64,000 nucleotides of DNA from Candidatus Hadarchaeales archaeon (lineage in GTDB: Archaea > Hadarchaeota > Hadarchaeia > Hadarchaeales > WYZ-LMO6): the NCBI GenBank assembly GCA_038736355.1, contig JAVYML010000003.1:214093-278092 (forward strand), in the 5' to 3' direction. Both the position numbers and the translations under genes were made by a program. The notes under the pieces are model-generated. The model ran no database searches, had not been told where the DNA came from, and saw only the letters and a program-made list of their open reading frames with translations. Positions 29,976 to 39,865 of the stretch are shown here, one piece after another. Each line of letters begins with the position of its first letter. Position 1 is the stretch's first letter.

Positions 29976-31157
29976 ATGTCCGCCAAAAAAGTAGCCTTGG
30001 CCTATTCCGGTGGCTTGGATTCCACCCTTCTCATTCCCCTCCTGAGGGAAAGGTATGGGTACGATGAAGTTATCCCCGTGCTAGTTGATGTGGGGCAGGG
30101 AGAAGAGGAAATAAAGCTGGGCTTTGAAAGGGCGGAAAAACTTGGGGCCAAGGTAAGGTTTATCGACGCCAAAAGGGAATTCGTTACCGAGTACATCCAT
30201 AGGTGTATCAAGGCCAATGGAAGTTATGAGGGATACCCCATAGGCACTTCGATGAGCAGGGTATTGATAGCCACCAAGGTAGCCGAAGTGGCGAAAAAGG
30301 AAGGTGCAGAGGCGGTGGCTCATGGGTGTACGGGGAAGGGCAACGACCAGTTTAGGGTGGAATCCGTTTTCAGATATTATCTCCCTAACACCAGGGTCAT
30401 CGCTCCTGTGAGGGAACTCAATCTTTCAAGGGCTGAGGAGGAAGAAATGTTAAGGAAATATGGGGTGGAGCCCAAAAGACCCAAAGGAAAGCTGGGTGGG
30501 GACATCAACATGTGGTCCCATTCCATAGGGAGCGGACAGGTTGAGGATCTGGTTTCACAATTCCCGGAGGACTATCTTTGGGTGGTACCACCAGAAAAGG
30601 CCCCTGACAAGCCCACGTTGGTTACCATTACCTATGAAAGGGGAGTCCCGGTGGAAGTGGATGGAATAAAGGATCCCGTAGAAATGATTTTCTATCTCAA
30701 CGAAGTGGGCGGAAAGAATGGCATAGGAATCATCGACATTCTAGAAGACGGCATGTTGGGACTAAAATCTAGAGAACTTTACGAAGCCCCCGCTGCGACC
30801 ATCCTCCTCTACACTCATGCGGATTTGGAGCACCTTACCCTAACCAAAGAGCAGTTGAGGGTGAAGAGGGAAATAGACAAGCTTTGGGCCGACCTAGTTT
30901 ATCATGCTTCTTGGTTGCATCCCCTGAAAAAAGATCTGGATGCCTTCATCGATTCCACTCAAAGAAATGTAAACGGTACAATCCAAGTAGAACTTTACAA
31001 GGGAGGAATGAGGATAGTGAAGAGAGAGTCCCCCTCTTCCCTCTTCTTGCCCCAGCTCAGATCGGTGAAACAGAAAGGTCTAGATCAAAGGGAAGCTGAA
31101 GGAATGGTCAGGCTCTTCACCCTCCAATATCAAATCTTTGGAGAAAGAGGTCTCTGA
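29976..31157 (+). CDS. argG: argininosuccinate synthase (copy 2, paralog of the gene at 10495..11664)
   Basis: KKVALAYSGGLDSTLL PP-loop, AHGCTGKGNDQFR motif; about 50% identical by eye to copy 1 over the N-terminal half; 393 aa. Confidence 0.85.
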   Translation: MSAKKVALAYSGGLDSTLLIPLLRERYGYDEVIPVLVDVGQGEEEIKLGFERAEKLGAKVRFIDAKREFVTEYIHRCIKANGSYEGYPIGTSMSRVLIATKVAEVAKKEGAEAVAHGCTGKGNDQFRVESVFRYYLPNTRVIAPVRELNLSRAEEEEMLRKYGVEPKRPKGKLGGDINMWSHSIGSGQVEDLVSQFPEDYLWVVPPEKAPDKPTLVTITYERGVPVEVDGIKDPVEMIFYLNEVGGKNGIGIIDILEDGMLGLKSRELYEAPAATILLYTHADLEHLTLTKEQLRVKREIDKLWADLVYHASWLHPLKKDLDAFIDSTQRNVNGTIQVELYKGGMRIVKRESPSSLFLPQLRSVKQKGLDQREAEGMVRLFTLQYQIFGERGL

Positions 31158-31208
31158 AGGTGAGCAACTCTGAAAATTCTAATCACCGATCACGTTTCTG
31201 AGGAATTT

Positions 31209-32084
31209 TTGAAAGAAATAGAAAAATTGGGAGAGATAGTAGTCAAGCCAGGACTCTCTGAAGAAGAGCTCTGCAGGGAGATTGAAGACTATGAAGTTTT
31301 GATAGTGAGGAGTGCTACCAAGGTAACAAGGAAAGTGATCGAAGCGGGAAAGAAACTCAAAATCGTGGCGAGGGCAGGAGTAGGAATAGACAACATCGAC
31401 GTGAAAGCTGCAGAGGAAAAAGGTGTCAGGGTGATTTACGCCCCAGAAGCCTCCAAAACTGCCGTGGCCGAACTGGTGATAGGCCTCATGCTCTGCTGGG
31501 CTAGGAAGATTCCTCAAGCCTACAAGGAAATGAAGGAAGGAAAATGGGATAGAGAGAAATTCATAGGCACTGAGCTGAAGGGAAAAACCCTTGGAGTGAT
31601 AGGGGTGGGAAGGATAGGGGGGGAAGTGGCCTTGAAGGCTTTAGCTTTTGGCATGAGGGTCTTGGGATACGACTTGGTGAGAAGAGAAGAAATGGAAAGA
31701 GCTGGGGTAAGATATGTGGATCTTCCCACCCTCCTCAAAGAAGCAGACTTTGTGAGCATTCACGTACCCCTGAATTCACAAACGGAAAGGATGATAGGAG
31801 AAAAAGAGCTTTCCCTCATGAAACCCACTGCTGTTCTGATAAATACCTCGAGAGGGAAAATCGTGGATGAAAGGGCCTTGGTCAAAGCCCTCAAGGAAAG
31901 AAAGATTGCAGGAGCTTGCTTGGACGTTTTCGAAGAAGAACCCACCAAAAACCTCGAGCTCCTTTCCCTTGAGCAGGTAATCCCCACCCCCCATTTGGGA
32001 GCCTCTACGGTTGAATCCCAAAGGAATATAGCTCTTATCCTCTCTCAGAAACTAAAGGAGTTGATGGGGGTAGAAAGGGGATGA
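31209..32084 (+). CDS. D-isomer-specific 2-hydroxyacid dehydrogenase (phosphoglycerate dehydrogenase / glyoxylate reductase-like). The N-terminus probably extends about 13 codons upstream, with no canonical start codon.
   Basis: NAD-binding [13 protein letters not shown], catalytic R/E/H region ([10 protein letters not shown]...HLGASTVES). Upstream in-frame peptide ...KILITDHVSEEF looks like the missing first beta-strand. Confidence 0.8.
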   Translation: MKEIEKLGEIVVKPGLSEEELCREIEDYEVLIVRSATKVTRKVIEAGKKLKIVARAGVGIDNIDVKAAEEKGVRVIYAPEASKTAVAELVIGLMLCWARKIPQAYKEMKEGKWDREKFIGTELKGKTLGVIGVGRIGGEVALKALAFGMRVLGYDLVRREEMERAGVRYVDLPTLLKEADFVSIHVPLNSQTERMIGEKELSLMKPTAVLINTSRGKIVDERALVKALKERKIAGACLDVFEEEPTKNLELLSLEQVIPTPHLGASTVESQRNIALILSQKLKELMGVERG

Positions 32085-32509
32085 AAGAAAAAGAGCCTTC
32101 AGTGGTAAGACTTCGCAAGCCTACCAAGATAAAAAGGGCTAGGGCCTTGGGCTATAAGGCCAAACAGGGTGTGATAGTAGTCAGGGTAAGGGTAAGAAAG
32201 GGAGGAAGGAGGAAACCCCGACCCTCCAGGGGTAGGAAGCCCAGTAAGATGGGAGTTCTAAAATTCACTCCACGCAAAAGCCTTCAATGGATAGCCGAGG
32301 AAAGAGCAGCCAGAAAATACCCCAACTTGGAGGTCCTCAACTCCTATTGGGTGGATTCCGATGGAAAGAACGAGTATTTCGAGGTGATATTGATCGATCC
32401 CCACCATCCTGCAATTAAAAGCGATCCACAACTCTCACAGATAAAAGCTAGGGGAAGAGTCTTCAGAGGACTTACCGCGGCAGGGAGGAAGGCTAGGGGA
32501 CTCCTTTGA
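32081..32509 (+). CDS. rpl15e: 50S ribosomal protein L15e (N-terminally short form, 142 aa)
   Basis: [23 protein letters not shown]...NSYWV...[13 protein letters not shown]...[13 protein letters not shown] matches L15e. It lacks about 25-30 residues of the usual N-terminus. Confidence 0.85.
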   Translation: MKEKEPSVVRLRKPTKIKRARALGYKAKQGVIVVRVRVRKGGRRKPRPSRGRKPSKMGVLKFTPRKSLQWIAEERAARKYPNLEVLNSYWVDSDGKNEYFEVILIDPHHPAIKSDPQLSQIKARGRVFRGLTAAGRKARGLL

Positions 32510-32976
32510 AAGGGATCAGTAGGGATGGGATGAAGCCTCCCATTAGGGAAGTGACCGTAAAGGTACTGGTACATGCCACGGAAGACGAAAACAAAATCAT
32601 GGAAGCCTTGAAGAACTTTCTTCCCGCCAAGATAAGGGTGGAGAGGGTCGAATTGGAAGGGCATTATGGTAATCCCTTGGTGCTTCTGAAGGCTAGGGTG
32701 AAGGGGAAGGAGATGGAGGAGGTATTATCCTTCTTCTTGGATAAGATCGAAAATCTAGCTTCCCTCTTTCCTAAGTTTGACCAACACTTGGATAAGGAGG
32801 GAAACCTCTACCTGAGGCTGGACAAACAGGAAGCCTGTAGGGGAAGGTGGGTACTAAAGGGGGGAGATGAGGTAATACACTTGACTTTGAAAAGCGGAAG
32901 TTTGAAGAAAAAGGAGCTTTTGGAGTTTCTCAGGACCAAGGGAGGAAAATGGAAAGGGTCAGGAGAAGATACATAG
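32506..32976 (+). CDS. conserved archaeal protein of the exosome superoperon (predicted RNA-binding, COG1325-like)
   Basis: 156 aa, between L15e and Pop5 in a tightly packed operon. Family call is by context and loose pattern memory. Confidence 0.4.
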   Translation: MKGISRDGMKPPIREVTVKVLVHATEDENKIMEALKNFLPAKIRVERVELEGHYGNPLVLLKARVKGKEMEEVLSFFLDKIENLASLFPKFDQHLDKEGNLYLRLDKQEACRGRWVLKGGDEVIHLTLKSGSLKKKELLEFLRTKGGKWKGSGEDT

Positions 32977-33236
32977 TTTTGGAACTAAAGAATCAGGGGG
33001 AAAAATCTTGGCATGAAGGATGGAGGATCCTACTGGAAAAAAACCCCAGCTTAAAGCATCCCCTTCTAAAACTGATCCCCATTCATCCACGCTGGGTACT
33101 CCTGCGTTGTGGTCATAAGCAGGTGGGGGAACTCAAACGACTTCTGGCCTCTTGGGAAGGGGTGAAAGTATTGGGGGTTTCAGGCACTATGAAGAGTGCG
33201 AAGAGAAAGTTCCTACGAGATAAGGGATATTCATGA
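32949..33236 (+). CDS. RNase P protein subunit Pop5 (Rpp14-like)
   Basis: 95 aa; RYIVLEL...WVLLRCGHKQVGELKRLLAS...VLGVSGTMKSAKRKFL matches the archaeal Pop5 pattern (RYL.FE...IL RC...V.GVSGTIK...). Conserved location upstream of the proteasome alpha subunit. Confidence 0.55.
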   Translation: MERVRRRYIVLELKNQGEKSWHEGWRILLEKNPSLKHPLLKLIPIHPRWVLLRCGHKQVGELKRLLASWEGVKVLGVSGTMKSAKRKFLRDKGYS

Positions 33237-33295
33237 GCGCTAAACGTGGGACGATGGGGTTAAATATGAACTCATCTGATTAAATAAGACCTGAT

Positions 33296-34018
33296 ATGGT
33301 TTTCCCACCCCCAGGAGCGGGATACGACCGGGCCATAACGGTCTTCAGCCCCGACGGAAAGCTCTTCCAAGTGCAGTATGCCCAAGAAGCCGTAAAGAAG
33401 GGATTAACCGCCCTCGGGATAAAAGCCAAGGATGGGATCGTTTTGGCGGCGGAAAGAAGGCTGAGGAACAAACTTGCCGAGGAATATTCCATCGAGAAGA
33501 TCTTTCAAATAGACGAACACGTGGGGGCGGCAGCCTCCGGTCTGATAGCAGATGCCAGGGTCCTTATCGAAAATGCGAGAATAGAAGCCCAAATAAATAG
33601 ACTGAGGTACGATGAACCTATCAGTGTACAGTCCATAGCCAAACATATAGGGGACTTAAAGCAGCTCTACACCCAACACGGAGGAGTAAGACCTTTCGGG
33701 GTCAGGCTTCTCATAGGTGGAATAGATAGGGATGGCCCCCACCTTTTTGAAACGGATCCAAGTGGCGTGGTGGCAGCTTACAAGGCCCAAGCCATAGGAG
33801 GGGGTGCACCAACCGTCTTGGAATTCCTGGAAAAGGAATACGTAGAAAAAATTAGTTTGGAAGAAGCGGTGCTTTTAGCCTTTAGAGCCCTTCGGCTAGT
33901 GGTGGAAGGAGAGCTTGAGCCTTCCAAGCTAGAAGCCGCCATCATCCCCCTCAAAACCAGGAAATTCCAAAAGCTCACCAATGAAGAGATTGCCGAATAT
34001 CTCTCCAAGTTGAAGTAG
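33296..34018 (+). CDS. psmA: proteasome alpha subunit
   Basis: GYDRAITVFSPDGKLFQVQYAQEAVKKG N-terminal signature; 240 aa. Confidence 0.9.
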   Translation: MVFPPPGAGYDRAITVFSPDGKLFQVQYAQEAVKKGLTALGIKAKDGIVLAAERRLRNKLAEEYSIEKIFQIDEHVGAAASGLIADARVLIENARIEAQINRLRYDEPISVQSIAKHIGDLKQLYTQHGGVRPFGVRLLIGGIDRDGPHLFETDPSGVVAAYKAQAIGGGAPTVLEFLEKEYVEKISLEEAVLLAFRALRLVVEGELEPSKLEAAIIPLKTRKFQKLTNEEIAEYLSKLK

Positions 34019-34028
34019 TGGGGAGAAA

Positions 34029-34721
34029 ATGGTAAAGCTGGAAGAAGCCGTCGTGGCCAGACTTTCCATTCAAGGGATGAATTTTGAGATACTAGTGGAT
34101 CCAAGGTTGGTGGAGGTCTTCAAGGAGGGTAAACCCGTGGAAATGAGTGAGCTTTTGGCCGTGGAAAAGGTCTTTAAAGATGCCAGTAAAGGGGAAACGG
34201 CTTCGAGAGAGGCTCTGCTGAAGGCTTTCGGAACCGACGATGTGAGAAAAATAACTGAACAAATCCTCCAGAAGGGAAAGATCCAGCTCACCACCGAACA
34301 AAGGAAGAAAATGAGGGAGGAAAAATTGAAGCAAATAGCTTCCATCATCGCCAAGAGGGCCATCAATCCACAAACGGGTCTCCCCCATCCACCTACAAGG
34401 GTAGAAGAGGCCATAAGGCAAGCTAAGGTGGGGATAGACGAGTTCAAAAAAGCTGAGGATCAACTTCCCGCCGTGTTGAAAGCCATTCAATCCATTCTTC
34501 CCCTTAAGTTCGAGACGAGAAGAATAGCTATCAAAATCCCACCAGCCTATGCGGGTAAGTCTTTACATGCCATCAGAAACATGGCTGAGGTGAAGAAGGA
34601 GGAATGGCTCTCCGATGGTTCTTTGGTACTACTGGTGGAAATTCCAGCAGGTTTCCAACCAGAGTTTTTCGACAGACTGAACGATCTCACCAGGGGAGAA
34701 GCCCAGACTAAGGTGTTGTGA
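34029..34721 (+). CDS. Shwachman-Bodian-Diamond syndrome protein homolog (SBDS, ribosome maturation)
   Basis: N-terminal FYSH domain (ARLSIQGMNFEILVDP...) plus central and C-terminal domains; 230 aa; canonical superoperon position between psmA and rrp4. Confidence 0.8.
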   Translation: MVKLEEAVVARLSIQGMNFEILVDPRLVEVFKEGKPVEMSELLAVEKVFKDASKGETASREALLKAFGTDDVRKITEQILQKGKIQLTTEQRKKMREEKLKQIASIIAKRAINPQTGLPHPPTRVEEAIRQAKVGIDEFKKAEDQLPAVLKAIQSILPLKFETRRIAIKIPPAYAGKSLHAIRNMAEVKKEEWLSDGSLVLLVEIPAGFQPEFFDRLNDLTRGEAQTKVL

Positions 34722-35401
34722 TGCTCTTTGTAAGTAACCGTGAATTGGTAGTTCCAGGCAAGCTACTGGCCGACGAGGAATACCAAGCTGGGGAAGGTAC
34801 CTTCATAGAAAATGGGAAGATTTTCTCTGCCGTGGTGGGGTTAGCAGAAGTGAGGGATAAAAGCGTTGGTGTGATCTCCCTCCAAGGTAGGTACATACCC
34901 AGACAGGGTGATAAGGTGATTGGTATTGTCATAGACACCCATCCCTTTGGGTGGATTGTGGACCTGAACTCCCCTTATACGGGCAACCTCATGGTATCCG
35001 ACTTGGTGGGAAGGAAAGTGGATGTCTTCAAAGAAGACCTGGGGAAGTTCTTGAAGATTGGTGATGCCGTAATAGCTGAGGTGAGAAAAGTGGACGAAAG
35101 ATGGAGGGTACAGCTAATTGCCTCAGAAAGAGGACTGGGAAAAATAAGGGGGGGAAGACTGGTAGAAATAAGCCCTGCTAAGGTCCCAAGGGTAATAGGA
35201 AGGAGAGGTTCTATGCTCAAGGTATTGGAAGAAACCACGGGTTGCAAGTTGGAGGTGGGGCTCAACGGGAGGATATTGGTTAGGGGAAAGGATCCCAAAA
35301 AAATCAACTCGGTGGTGGAAGCTATATTGTTAATAGAAAGAGAAGCACATTTATCTGGACTTACGGATAGAATAAAAGCCAAACTGGAGAAGGAAAGATG
35401 A
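34718..35401 (+). CDS. rrp4: exosome RNA-binding subunit Rrp4 (N-terminal + S1 + KH)
   Basis: S1 domain ([20 protein letters not shown]...), KH domain ([23 protein letters not shown]); 227 aa. Confidence 0.85.
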   Translation: MMLFVSNRELVVPGKLLADEEYQAGEGTFIENGKIFSAVVGLAEVRDKSVGVISLQGRYIPRQGDKVIGIVIDTHPFGWIVDLNSPYTGNLMVSDLVGRKVDVFKEDLGKFLKIGDAVIAEVRKVDERWRVQLIASERGLGKIRGGRLVEISPAKVPRVIGRRGSMLKVLEETTGCKLEVGLNGRILVRGKDPKKINSVVEAILLIEREAHLSGLTDRIKAKLEKER

Positions 35402-36129
35402 TGACGGGAAAACCCGAAAGGCTAATAGTGGATGGAAGGAGGCTAGACGGGAGGTTACCCGACGAGCTTAGACCACTACGCATTAAAGCAGGGATTTTGA
35501 AGCGTGCCGATGGCTCAGCGTACATAGAACTGGGAAAAAACAAGATCTTAGCCGCCGTTTATGGTCCCAAAGAAATGCATCCAAGACACCTTCAACAGGC
35601 TGACGTGGCCGTACTCCGTTGCAGGTATAACATGGCACCTTTCTCCGTAGAGGAGAGGAAAAGGCCAGGACCTGATAGGAGGTCCATGGAAATCTCCAAA
35701 GTGATAAGGGAGGCCCTAGAGCCAGTACTCTTCCTTCACCTCTATCCCAGGGCGGTGATAGACGTCTTTATCGAAATCCTCCAGGCAGATGCTGGAACCA
35801 GAACGGCAGGGATCACTGCTGCCTCGGTTGCCCTTGCCGATGCGGGTATTCCCATGAGGGATTTAGTAGCGGGGATTTCAGCCGGAAAGGTGGATGGCGT
35901 GGTGGTTTTGGATTTGATGAAAGAGGAGGACCAATGGGGAGAGGCCGATATGCCTATAGCGGTAATGCCCAGGAGAAAGCAGATCACTCTCCTTCAAATG
36001 GATGGAAACTTGACCCCAGAAGAATTCAGGCAGGCACTGGATCTTGCCTTCAAAGGAATAGAAAAGATTTACGAGGTGCAAAAGGAGGCCTTGAAGGAAA
36101 AATACCTGCCCATGGAGGAAGAAAGATGA
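35398..36129 (+). CDS. rrp41: exosome catalytic subunit Rrp41 (RNase PH domain)
   Basis: [20 protein letters not shown]...[23 protein letters not shown] RNase PH signature; 243 aa; ATGA overlaps on both sides. Confidence 0.9.
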   Translation: MMTGKPERLIVDGRRLDGRLPDELRPLRIKAGILKRADGSAYIELGKNKILAAVYGPKEMHPRHLQQADVAVLRCRYNMAPFSVEERKRPGPDRRSMEISKVIREALEPVLFLHLYPRAVIDVFIEILQADAGTRTAGITAASVALADAGIPMRDLVAGISAGKVDGVVVLDLMKEEDQWGEADMPIAVMPRRKQITLLQMDGNLTPEEFRQALDLAFKGIEKIYEVQKEALKEKYLPMEEER

Positions 36130-36887
36130 AGGAACTTATAGCGAGTGTGAAGAGGGAATATCTGGCGGAGCTCGCCAGTCAAGGGAAGAGAATAGATGGA
36201 AGGGCCCTAGACCAATACAGGGAAATCAAGATAGAGAGGGGAGTGATAGGAACCGCACAAGGTTCAGCACTGGTCAAGCTGGGTAATACCCAAGTGATGG
36301 TGGGAGTAAAATTGGAAAAGGGGGAACCCTTCCCGGACACTCCCAATGCCGGCATTCTGGTAGTAAATGCTGAACTACTCCCGTTGGCCTCGCCTACCTT
36401 TGAACCCGGTCCACCCAACGAGAATGCCATAGAACTAGCCAGGGTAGTGGATAGAACGATAAGGGAATCCCAGATGATAGACCTGGAAAAGCTCTGTATC
36501 AAGGAGGGTGAGGAAGTCTGGGCGGTCTTCGTGGATATCTACGTTCTCGATCATGATGGAAATCTCATAGATGCCTCCGTGCTTGCGAGTGTGGCGGCCC
36601 TTTACGACGTTAAACCTCCAACCTCAGAAGAATGGACCCTCCCCGCCTTCCCCGTAAGGGGCAAACCCGTTGCGGTAACTGTGGTAAAACTCAATGGAGT
36701 AATGATGGTAGATGCCGGACTTGAGGAAGAAAACACGGCAGATGCCCGTCTGACCATTTCAACCCTAGAGAACGGAAACATTTGTGCCATGCAAAAGGGG
36801 GGGAGTGGATTCTTCAGCAGGGAAGAGGTAGAAAGGGCCTATGAGCTTGCAAGAAAATGTGGAGAAGAACTGAGGAGGAAGCTGTGA
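36126..36887 (+). CDS. rrp42: exosome subunit Rrp42 (inactive RNase PH-like)
   Basis: [37 protein letters not shown]. Start is set at the internal ATG overlapping the rrp41 stop; the track's 64-aa extension is out of context. Confidence 0.85.
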   Translation: MKELIASVKREYLAELASQGKRIDGRALDQYREIKIERGVIGTAQGSALVKLGNTQVMVGVKLEKGEPFPDTPNAGILVVNAELLPLASPTFEPGPPNENAIELARVVDRTIRESQMIDLEKLCIKEGEEVWAVFVDIYVLDHDGNLIDASVLASVAALYDVKPPTSEEWTLPAFPVRGKPVAVTVVKLNGVMMVDAGLEEENTADARLTISTLENGNICAMQKGGSGFFSREEVERAYELARKCGEELRRKL

Positions 36888-36891
36888 GAGG

Positions 36892-37128
36892 ATGGGAAGG
36901 ACGAAAAAGGTGGGAGCGGCCGGGAAATACGGTCCCAGGTATGGGTTGAAGGACAGAAGGCTTGTGGCGAAGATAGAGGCTGAAAAAGCTGGAAGGAAGG
37001 TCTGTCCCTCATGTGGAGCCAAAAAGCTTAAGAGAACCAGTACTGGTATTTGGGAATGTTTTAAATGCGGGAGTAAATTTGCCGGTCAAGCCTATCGCCC
37101 ACCCTCAACGGGGGGCACCGGAGGATGA
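36892..37128 (+). CDS. rpl37ae: 50S ribosomal protein L37Ae
   Basis: MGRTKKVGAAGKYGPRYG... and C4 zinc ribbon CPSCG...CFKCG; 78 aa. Confidence 0.85.
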   Translation: MGRTKKVGAAGKYGPRYGLKDRRLVAKIEAEKAGRKVCPSCGAKKLKRTSTGIWECFKCGSKFAGQAYRPPSTGGTGG

Positions 37129-37132
37129 GGAG

Positions 37133-37264
37133 ATGTACAAGTGCTATAGGTGTGGCGAAATCATAGAAATACAAAAACTTGAAAGGATAGTTTGTCCGCA
37201 CTGCGGTTTCAGGATTTTCTATAAGGTACGTCAACCCGTAGTGCGTAGGGTAAAGGCTAGGTGA
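37133..37264 (+). CDS. rpoP: DNA-directed RNA polymerase subunit P (RpoP/Rpb12-like)
   Basis: 43-aa zinc ribbon MYKCYRCGEIIEI...IVCPHCGFRIFYKVR. The track ORF (37013..37264) carries an implausible 40-aa N-terminal extension overlapping L37Ae. Confidence 0.75.
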   Translation: MYKCYRCGEIIEIQKLERIVCPHCGFRIFYKVRQPVVRRVKAR

Positions 37265-37268
37265 AGAA

Positions 37269-37550
37269 ATGACGGTTTATTCCAAAGCAGAGGTGGAAAT
37301 GTTGTTTTCCTCCCCAAGCTTAGCAGAGAAGGCTTATGTAGCCCTGAAACCTGAAGAAGCTTTACCTGGAAAGGAAAGGAGCATAGTCAAGTTCCTGAGG
37401 AGGGGGAGGATTCTAAAACTGGAAATTAGGGCAAGGGATACACCCTCCTTGCGTGCAGCCCTGAACTCCCTCCTCAGATTGGTGGCGGTAGTGCGTGATA
37501 TGATAGAACTAAAGGAGGAAGAAAGATGGAGGAACTCCCCCCGCAATTGA
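37269..37550 (+). CDS. pcc1: KEOPS complex subunit Pcc1
   Basis: 93 aa; pattern ...A..VALKPE...S.V......L.L.IRARDTPSLRAALNSLLRL matches archaeal Pcc1; conserved location between rpoP and prefoldin beta. Confidence 0.55.
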   Translation: MTVYSKAEVEMLFSSPSLAEKAYVALKPEEALPGKERSIVKFLRRGRILKLEIRARDTPSLRAALNSLLRLVAVVRDMIELKEEERWRNSPRN

Positions 37551-37882
37551 AACACATGGTAGCACAATACCAGCAGGCCCAGCAACATGCGCAAGCATTG
37601 GCTGCACAGAGACAGCAGTTGGAATTGCTATTGCTGGAGACCAAAAAGGCGGTAGAAGAATTGGAAAAGAGTCCCCAAGACGCGGCTGTTTATAAAGGTG
37701 TGGGACCCCTTCTGATTAGGGCCAACAAGGAAGAACTCAAAAAGGAACTCGAAGAGCAACGGGAAACCTTGGAGTTGAGGGTAAAAACTCTGGAACGACA
37801 AGAAGAAAGGGTAACGGAAAGACTGAGAGAGTTACAACAGAAATTGGAGGAGGCTCTTAAAACCAGAAGGACTGAAGCTTGA
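37526..37882 (+). CDS. pfdB: prefoldin beta subunit
   Basis: Two coiled-coil segments flanking a beta-hairpin (VYKGVGPLLIRANKEE); 118 aa; Q-rich N-terminus. Confidence 0.8.
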   Translation: MEELPPQLKHMVAQYQQAQQHAQALAAQRQQLELLLLETKKAVEELEKSPQDAAVYKGVGPLLIRANKEELKKELEEQRETLELRVKTLERQEERVTERLRELQQKLEEALKTRRTEA

Positions 37883-38859
37883 CTCCTCAGAGAAAGGTCG
37901 CAGAACTCCTGCTGGCCCAGGCAAAGAAAGGTGGGAGAATCCTCTTTCTCTCCCACCAACAGGCAGATCCGGATGGGGTAGCAAGCGCCATCGTTCTTTC
38001 AGAGGTTTTGGAATCCCTGGGAGCAAAGACGGAAGTGGTGATCCCTGAAGGTATGAACAAGCTTGCCCAGCTCTTGCTAGAAAAATATGGTAGGGAGGTG
38101 AGTACTTCAACCTCCCTCGAAGCTGACTTGGTGGTGATAGTCGATGCCTCCAGCTTCCAGCACGTTGGGAAAATGGGGGAGGAAATAAGGGGAAAACCTA
38201 TCCTTCTAATAGACCACCATTCCGAGGTTGAGGGCATGAAGGAGGAAGTAGAATGCTCTTGGGTGGAGGAGAAAATCACCTCCTCTGCGGAGATGGTCCT
38301 GCTCCTCCTCAAGGAAATGGGAAAACCCCCTTCCGCTGATCAGGCCAATCTCCTCTTAGCGGGAATCCTCACCGACACTGCTGGACTGAAGTTGGCCTGT
38401 AACTCCACGCTGGAAACCGTTTGTGAGCTGATAAAACATGGTGCCGATTATAGGAAGCTGCTGGAGCTCCTGAAGTTACCGGAAGATAGATCCAAACGCA
38501 TAGCCATGCTCAAAGCCGCACAAAGGATGGAACTCAAGGCCTTCAACGATTATTTGGTGGTTTTTTCTGAACTCAGCGCTTTCGAGGCAGATGCGGCCTC
38601 CGCCCTCCTCAGACTGGGAGCAGATCTCAGCTTCGTGGGTTCGGAGGAAAAGGGGGAATTCAGAATTTCTGGGAGGGCTACGCCAGAGATCTGCGAGACC
38701 AAGGGACTTCATTTGGGTATGCTCATGCAAGAGGTGGCAAAAACTTTTGAGGGTTCTGGAGGGGGACATGCAGGAGCTGCCAGCGCTACGGGAAAAGGAA
38801 ATCTTGGGGAAGTCAAGAAATTCATTCTGAAACGTTTGCAGGAAATCTTGGGATCTTAG
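37879..38859 (+). CDS. DHH-family phosphoesterase (NrnA-like oligoribonuclease / pAp phosphatase; DHH + DHHA1)
   Basis: ILFLSHQQADPDGVAS (motif I DxD), DHH region, C-terminal DHHA1 GGGHAGAAS; 326 aa; TTG start overlapping the pfdB stop. Confidence 0.7.
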   Translation: MTPQRKVAELLLAQAKKGGRILFLSHQQADPDGVASAIVLSEVLESLGAKTEVVIPEGMNKLAQLLLEKYGREVSTSTSLEADLVVIVDASSFQHVGKMGEEIRGKPILLIDHHSEVEGMKEEVECSWVEEKITSSAEMVLLLLKEMGKPPSADQANLLLAGILTDTAGLKLACNSTLETVCELIKHGADYRKLLELLKLPEDRSKRIAMLKAAQRMELKAFNDYLVVFSELSAFEADAASALLRLGADLSFVGSEEKGEFRISGRATPEICETKGLHLGMLMQEVAKTFEGSGGGHAGAASATGKGNLGEVKKFILKRLQEILGS

Positions 38860-39776
38860 ACCCAATCCAACCAATGCTCAAAACCCTTTTCCTCTCCCCT
38901 CACCACCCTGAAATACAACTCCTGTAGCCTGGCCGTTATTTCCCCCCTTATTCCCTTGCCTATGGGATGACCCTCTACTTCCCTTATGGGTGTGACTTCA
39001 GCTGCCGTACCCGTGAAAAAGGCTTCATCTGCTTTGTACAGCCTTTCCAGGGAGATGGGTTCTTCCTTGGCGGGTATACCCTCCCTCATCGCCAGTTGGA
39101 GGACGGAGTCCCTAGTGATGCCAGGTAAAGCACATTCCGAAATTGGAGGGGTAATCAACACCCCCCTTTCCACTATGAAGATGTTCTCGCCAGGCCCCTC
39201 CGAGATATTGCCGGAAAGATTGAGCATGAGGGCCTCATCATATCCATTATCCAACGCATCCAGCTTGGCCAGGATGGAGTTGGCATAGTTTGCCACCAGC
39301 TTGGCGTGGGGGGGAAGGATGGAGGGGTGAATCCTGCGGTAGGGGGAAATCTTCACCCTCACCCCGTTCTTGAGTCCTTCTTCACCCAGGTAGGTTCCCC
39401 ATCGCCAAGCCGCTATCGCCACCCTCACCGGGGCTCCTCTAGGACTCAAACCCATGACCCCGTATCCGCAATAGGCGATGGGTCTTATGTAACACTCCTC
39501 CAGCCCGTTCTCCCTAACCACGAGTTTGGCAGCTTCTATCAGCTCTTCCACCGAATAAGGAAGCTTCATTCCCACTATTTCTGCAGAGCGTCTAAGTCTT
39601 TCCATGTGATCCTTGAGTCTGAAGATGGCCGGACCTCTAGAAGTCCTGTAACATCTTATTCCCTCAAAAACCCCATAACCGTAGTGGAGGGTATGGGTGA
39701 GGAGATGTACTTTAGCTTCTTCCCAGGGCACCAGCTCTCCATCCATCCAAATGAACTTGGTTGGATTGATACTCAT
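38856..39776 (-). CDS. ilvE: branched-chain amino acid aminotransferase
   Basis: PLP fold type IV: HTLHYGYGVFEGIRCY, ...GTAAEVTPI...; 306 aa. Confidence 0.9.
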   Translation of the reverse strand: MSINPTKFIWMDGELVPWEEAKVHLLTHTLHYGYGVFEGIRCYRTSRGPAIFRLKDHMERLRRSAEIVGMKLPYSVEELIEAAKLVVRENGLEECYIRPIAYCGYGVMGLSPRGAPVRVAIAAWRWGTYLGEEGLKNGVRVKISPYRRIHPSILPPHAKLVANYANSILAKLDALDNGYDEALMLNLSGNISEGPGENIFIVERGVLITPPISECALPGITRDSVLQLAMREGIPAKEEPISLERLYKADEAFFTGTAAEVTPIREVEGHPIGKGIRGEITARLQELYFRVVRGEEKGFEHWLDWV

Positions 39777-39865
39777 TCAATTTTCCTAAAAAATTTTGGC
39801 TAAAAGAGGTTTTTGGGAAAGCCTACACCTCTATAAGGACTCACCCTCCAAATTATAAGACGGGC

